Source: Allobaculum fili (GTDB taxonomy: Bacteria; Bacillota_I; Bacilli_A; Erysipelotrichales; Erysipelotrichaceae). From it: a stretch of DNA of 9,747 nt. Numbering within the stretch: the first letter of the stretch is position 1; every line of letters starts with the position of its first letter. This document shows, piece by piece, positions 6,426 through 9,747 of this stretch. Under the pieces are notes generated by a model, which saw only the letters and a list, made by a program, of their open reading frames with translations, ran no database searches and was not told where the DNA came from. The stretch is from assembly GCF_020969955.1 (NCBI RefSeq), contig NZ_JAHDSX010000062.1, forward strand, positions 1 through 9,747, read 5' to 3'. Position numbers and translations under genes: made by a program.

Positions 6426-6650
6426 AGCAATGACAAAGACGCGTCCTGCAGAATTTGGAAAGCAGAGAGCAGCCGGTTTGGTGAAAAGGCTGCATGAAAA
6501 ATCTGCAGGGTATCACTTTGAAGCTGAAAAGGGGAATGGAGTACTCTTTTCCGGAAGCAGACCGTTATCTGCGAGTGCTTCAGGGAAAACGCCCTGAAGA
6601 AGTAAGGTGGTACCGCGCATTGTCGTCCTTAAACAAGGGCGGCTTTTTTT
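6426..6650 (+). promoter_or_regulatory. T-box riboswitch leader with isoleucine specifier AUC, controlling ileS
   Basis: All canonical elements can be read directly:
- K-turn/GA motif: AGC-AATGA-CAAAG (6426-6438) against CTTTG-AA-GCT (6516-6525).
- Stem I helix: CCTGCAG (6445-6451) / CTGCAGG (6503-6509).
- Specifier loop: GT-ATC-A, with AUC at 6512-6514 followed by the conserved A.
- AG bulge: AGAGAG (6464-6469).
- Distal helix: CAGCC / GGCTG, with loop GGTTTGGTGAAAA (6475-6487).
- Stem IIA/B: hairpin GCAGA / TCTGC, with the F-box CCGTTA in its loop (6562-6567).
- Stem III: CTTCAGGG / CCCTGAAG (6578-6599).
- T-box: GGTGGTACCGCG (6606-6617), with a 7-nt bulge TGGTACC whose TGGT would pair with an ACCA 3' end.
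- A competing terminator (listed as the next feature). Confidence 0.92.
6622..6650 (+). terminator. T-box attenuator (intrinsic terminator) upstream of ileS
   Basis: GTCGTCCTT (6622-6630) pairs with AAGGGCGGC (6635-6643), giving 9 bp with two G-U pairs and an AAAC loop, followed by TTTTTTT (6644-6650). The 5' arm (CCTT at 6627-6630 and CGT at 6624-6626) can instead pair with AAGG (6604-6607) and GCG (6615-6617) to form the antiterminator. Confidence 0.9.
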
Positions 6651-6675
6651 GTGTCTGCAGAAAGGACGTAAGAGA

Positions 6676-9417
6676 ATGGAGAAAAAGAACGATTATAAAT
6701 CGACCCTCCAGATGATGAAAACGACGTTCGAAATGAGAGGAAACCTCCCCAGGAAAGAACCGGTTTTTCAGAAACGCTGGCAGGATGAACATCTTTACGA
6801 AAAGATGCTCGCCAAACGCGAAGGCTGTGAGCCTTTTGTACTGCATGACGGTCCTCCGTATGCCAACGGGGACATCCATATCGGTCATGCGATGAATAAA
6901 GTCCTCAAGGATGTCATTAACAAATCGAAATTCATGCAGGGCTACCAGGTTCCTTACATCCCCGGATGGGATACGCACGGTCTCCCTATCGAAACCGCGG
7001 TAACCAAGCTTGGCTATGACCGCAAGAAAATCGGTATCCCGGAATTCCGCAAGATCTGCCGTGAATTTGCGCTCGAGCAGGTAGAACGTCAGAAAAAAGG
7101 TTTCCTGGCTTTAGGATCGATCGGCGATTACGATCATCCCTACATCACGCTGACTCCGGACTTTGAAGAAGAACAGATCCGTATTTTCGGAAAGATGGCG
7201 GTAGACGGTCTGATCTATCAGGGCCTCAAACCGGTTTACTGGTCTCCTTCGAGCGAAACCGCTCTCGCGGAAGCCGAAGTCGAATACAAGGATGTAACTT
7301 CGCCGACGATCTACGTGAAATTCCAGGTCAAGGACGGCAAGAGCATCCTCGATGAAAACGACTATTTCGTCATCTGGACGACCACCCCATGGACCATCCC
7401 GTCCAACCTCGGTATTTCCGTTCATCCCCGCTTTGAGTACGCCCGCGTCAAAACCGATCAGGGCAATCTGATCGTGCTTTCCACAATGGTGGAAGAACTG
7501 ATGCAGCGTTTTGGCATTGAAAACTACGAAGTCCTCCAGATCATCCCTGGCAAGGATCTCGAATATATGACCGCAACTCATCCGCTTTATCCGGAAGTGG
7601 AATCTCTCGTTATGGTCGGCGAACACGTCACTGACGATTCCGGTACCGGTCTGGTTCATACCGCGCCTGGCTTTGGTATGGACGACTTCATGATCGGCCG
7701 CAAGTACGGTCTGCCTGTCTTCGTAAACGTTGACGCGCAGGGCCGCATGATGGATGTCTGCGGACCGCGTCTGGCCGGCAAAACCGTAGACGAAGCCAAT
7801 CCGATCGTCATCGACTGGCTGACCGAAAAAGGTGCGCTGCTGAGCCGTGAAGATATCGTCCATTCCTATCCGCACGACTGGCGTACGAAAAAGCCGATCA
7901 TCTTCCGTGCGACAACACAGTGGTTTGCTTCCATCGATAAAATCCGTGATCAGCTCCTCGATCAGATCCACTCCATTTCCTGGGTACCGGCATGGGGCGA
8001 AGACCGCATGAACAACATGATCGCCGACCGTGCCGACTGGTGCATTTCGCGTCAGCGTGCCTGGGGCGTACCTATTCCAATTTTGTATGGCGAAGACGGC
8101 ACCCCGCTGATGGATCCGGTTCTGTTTGATTATGCAGCAAAGCTGATCGGCGAATACGGATCCAACGTATGGTTCGAACGCGACGCCAAGGATCTCGTTC
8201 CGGAAGGCTATACGAACGAACATTCGCCAAACGGTCTCTTCACGAAGGAAACCGATACGATGGACGTATGGTTTGACTCCGGAAGCTCCCATACGGGCGC
8301 GATGAAAAAACGCGGCCTCGGCTATCCGGCAGACCTGTACTTTGAAGGGTCCGACCAGTATCGCGGCTGGTTCAACTCTTCTCTGATCATTGGAACCGCC
8401 GTATACGGACAGGCTCCGTACAAACAGGTTCTTTCCCACGGATTCATCATGGACGAACAGGGACGCAAAATGTCCAAATCCCTGTGGAACGCCATGGCTC
8501 CGGCGGAAATCACCAACAAGTTCGGTGCGGACGTGCTGCGTCTTTGGGCGTGCATGGTGGACTATCAGGCCGACTGCTCAGTAGGCGACAATATCCTCAA
8601 ACAGGTATCCGATACGTACCGCAAAGTCCGCAACACCTTCCGCTTCCTCGTCGGCAACCTGGACAGCAATACGTTTGGCAAGGACGATCTGCTCGATGTT
8701 GAAACGCTTTCGCCGCAGAACAAGTTCATCCTCGCTCTGCTCGACGATACGGTTGATGAAGTCCGCAAGGCGTACAACGAATACCGTTTCTCAGATGCGG
8801 TCAACCTGATGGTGATCCTGATGACTAACGAGCTCTCGAGCTACTACCTCGACTACGCGAAAGATATCCTCTATTGCGATGCAGAAGATTCGAGAGACCG
8901 CCGCGAAATCCAGACCGTTCTGTATCTCACGGCTTCGATTCTGACTCGTCTTTGGGCTCCAATCCTGGCGCACACCGCCGAAGAGATCAACGACCTCATG
9001 AAGTTCGATGAAGAATCCATCCACCTTTCCGAGTTTGTTAAATCCGGTCTGATCGAAGACACCACAGAACTGAAAAAGAACATGGAAACCGCGCTTGCGC
9101 TGCGCAAGGACGTACTGAAGGCTCTTGAAGAAGCCAAGACCGACGGCGTTCTGAAAAAATCCAACGAAGCCGTTCTGCGCATCCATGCCAATGATGAACT
9201 GCGCAGTATCGTAGAGGAGTACATCTCCAATCCGGCTCAGTGGCTGATGGTCGAGTCCGCTGAGTTCACGGACGAATCGCTCAAGCCGTATTCGGTATGC
9301 GAGATCGAAGTGAAACATACGGACGGACATCTTTGCGAAAGATGCCGCAACTATACGCACAGCCATCATGAAGGCGGCGTATGCGACCGCTGCGCAGAAG
9401 TTCTCGGCGTAGAATAA
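6676..9417 (+). CDS. ileS: Isoleucine--tRNA ligase (type 1, with C-terminal zinc-binding motifs)
   Basis: The ORF track starts at 6607, inside the T-box. I call ATG 6676, which follows the attenuator and gives MEKKNDYKSTLQMMKTTFEMRGNLP..., a typical IleRS N-terminus. The 913-aa product has HIGH (PPYANGDIHIGH), the editing-domain motif WTTTPWTIPSN, KMSKS (GRKMSKS), and C-terminal CERC...CDRC. The Ile-specific T-box upstream is consistent with this. The RBS is weak (AAAGGA, 6661-6666). Confidence 0.96.
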   Translation: MEKKNDYKSTLQMMKTTFEMRGNLPRKEPVFQKRWQDEHLYEKMLAKREGCEPFVLHDGPPYANGDIHIGHAMNKVLKDVINKSKFMQGYQVPYIPGWDTHGLPIETAVTKLGYDRKKIGIPEFRKICREFALEQVERQKKGFLALGSIGDYDHPYITLTPDFEEEQIRIFGKMAVDGLIYQGLKPVYWSPSSETALAEAEVEYKDVTSPTIYVKFQVKDGKSILDENDYFVIWTTTPWTIPSNLGISVHPRFEYARVKTDQGNLIVLSTMVEELMQRFGIENYEVLQIIPGKDLEYMTATHPLYPEVESLVMVGEHVTDDSGTGLVHTAPGFGMDDFMIGRKYGLPVFVNVDAQGRMMDVCGPRLAGKTVDEANPIVIDWLTEKGALLSREDIVHSYPHDWRTKKPIIFRATTQWFASIDKIRDQLLDQIHSISWVPAWGEDRMNNMIADRADWCISRQRAWGVPIPILYGEDGTPLMDPVLFDYAAKLIGEYGSNVWFERDAKDLVPEGYTNEHSPNGLFTKETDTMDVWFDSGSSHTGAMKKRGLGYPADLYFEGSDQYRGWFNSSLIIGTAVYGQAPYKQVLSHGFIMDEQGRKMSKSLWNAMAPAEITNKFGADVLRLWACMVDYQADCSVGDNILKQVSDTYRKVRNTFRFLVGNLDSNTFGKDDLLDVETLSPQNKFILALLDDTVDEVRKAYNEYRFSDAVNLMVILMTNELSSYYLDYAKDILYCDAEDSRDRREIQTVLYLTASILTRLWAPILAHTAEEINDLMKFDEESIHLSEFVKSGLIEDTTELKKNMETALALRKDVLKALEEAKTDGVLKKSNEAVLRIHANDELRSIVEEYISNPAQWLMVESAEFTDESLKPYSVCEIEVKHTDGHLCERCRNYTHSHHEGGVCDRCAEVLGVE

Positions 9418-9490
9418 ACGAAAATTTCCGGTTTCTGTCCGGATCCGAAACGGTCATGGACAAATCCCTGCTTTCTAAAGAAAGATTTTT

Positions 9491-9544
9491 GAGACTGCCT
9501 CGTCAGCCGATTTTTCGGCCGATTGAAGCAGTCTCTTTTGTTTT
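9491..9544 (+). terminator. Rho-independent terminator of ileS
   Basis: Outer stem GAGACTGC (9491-9498) / GCAGTCTC (9528-9535). An internal loop encloses an inner hairpin GCCGA-TTTT-TCGGC. The structure is followed by TTTTGTTTT (9536-9544). It starts 74 nt after the ileS stop codon. Confidence 0.75.
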
Positions 9545-9655
9545 CGCAGCACGAGGCAGAAATAATTTTGAAAAGCAGCTGGCCGTCCGCAAAGAATTTG
9601 AAACTGGAAAAATTCGAAAAAAATGTGAAAGTCTTTAGATGATTTAAGGCACGAC

Positions 9656-9677
9656 GAAAAGCCCTCCTTGCGAAGGG
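9656..9677 (-). terminator. Candidate terminator hairpin, better oriented for a convergent minus-strand gene beyond the right edge
   Basis: CCCTCC (9662-9667) / GAAGGG (9672-9677) pairs at 5 of 6 positions around a TTGC loop. On the minus strand the stem is followed directly by CTTTTCG. On the plus strand it is followed by AAATTTTTC. A minus-strand frame that is open from the window edge (...WQKKQPSHCWYNAKYK*) stops at 9697-9699. That 17-codon fragment cannot be identified. Confidence 0.3.
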
Positions 9678-9747
9678 AAATTTTTCTTAGCCGTCATCAT
9701 TTGTATTTTGCGTTATACCAACAATGACTTGGTTGTTTTTTCTGCCA

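Noticed and set aside
5983-6516. 177-aa ORF antisense to ylmH, extending into the T-box leader
   Set aside because: It overlaps the ylmH S4-domain coding sequence and the structured T-box Stem I. It has no recognisable domain and no RBS.
6494-6715. 73-aa ORF across the T-box, and the 23-codon N-terminal extension of the ileS ORF (6607-6675)
   Set aside because: Both would be translated through the T-box, antiterminator and terminator elements. The start at 6607 lies inside the GGTGGTACCGCG box. ATG 6676 after the attenuator gives a normal IleRS N-terminus.
7111-8439. 442-aa ORF antisense to ileS
   Set aside because: It lies entirely inside, and antisense to, a confidently identified and motif-rich ileS. 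The translated sequence is low-complexity (rich in R, G, V and D) with no recognisable motifs or RBS. Long shadow ORFs of this kind are typical opposite real genes.
9564-9620. Three AATTTGAAA-like motifs (9564, 9594, 9610) in the A/T-rich stretch after ileS
   Set aside because: The copies are imperfect, irregularly spaced (30 and 16 nt), and sit in a low-complexity A/T-rich intergenic region. There is no clear associated gene within the window.
9381-9638. 85-aa plus-strand ORF overlapping the ileS 3' end (internal ATG at 9456)
   Set aside because: It reads straight through the ileS terminator hairpin and U-tract. There is no Shine-Dalgarno sequence before either start.
1-9747. Looked for CRISPR arrays, IS elements or transposases, integrases, tRNA/rRNA genes, toxin-antitoxin pairs and defence-system gene clusters
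   Set aside because: No spaced direct repeats, no terminal inverted repeats flanking an ORF, and no cloverleaf-like or rRNA-like sequence were found. Every large ORF is explained by a housekeeping family or by the BspA-like protein.

Overview
This looks like an ordinary chromosomal housekeeping window from a Bacillota (Firmicutes)-type genome, roughly 50% GC by eye. That placement rests on a canonical T-box leader, a long-form hpf and sepF-ylmH-ileS synteny. All gene calls come from reading the sequences and recalling family motifs; no searches were run.

Layout:
- 1-100: possible 3' end of a plus-strand gene, followed by a hairpin.
- 259-2234 (-): a two-gene operon. aroF is a type I-beta DAHP synthase with a Thermotoga-like N-terminal regulatory domain. 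It overlaps a TIGR01212 (YtqA/YhcC)-type radical SAM gene by 1 nt (TAATG).
- 2235-2727: a 493-bp divergent intergenic region.
- 2728-3264 (+): long-form hpf, with a good sigma-A-type promoter and a rho-independent terminator.
- 3591-4724 (+): a stand-alone BspA/DUF285-type leucine-rich-repeat protein. It has eight 26-aa repeats in exact register and no signal peptide. Long non-coding spacers flank it.
- 5189-6405 (+): sepF-ylmH.
- 6426-6650: a complete Ile (AUC) T-box riboswitch.
- 6676-9417 (+): ileS, followed by its terminator.

I found no tRNA or rRNA genes, CRISPR arrays, IS or integrase genes, or phage genes. I also see no convincing evidence for a novel multi-gene system. The only clearly non-core element is the leaderless BspA-like gene wedged into the hpf / sepF-ileS neighbourhood. 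The other findings are modest regulatory or synteny oddities.
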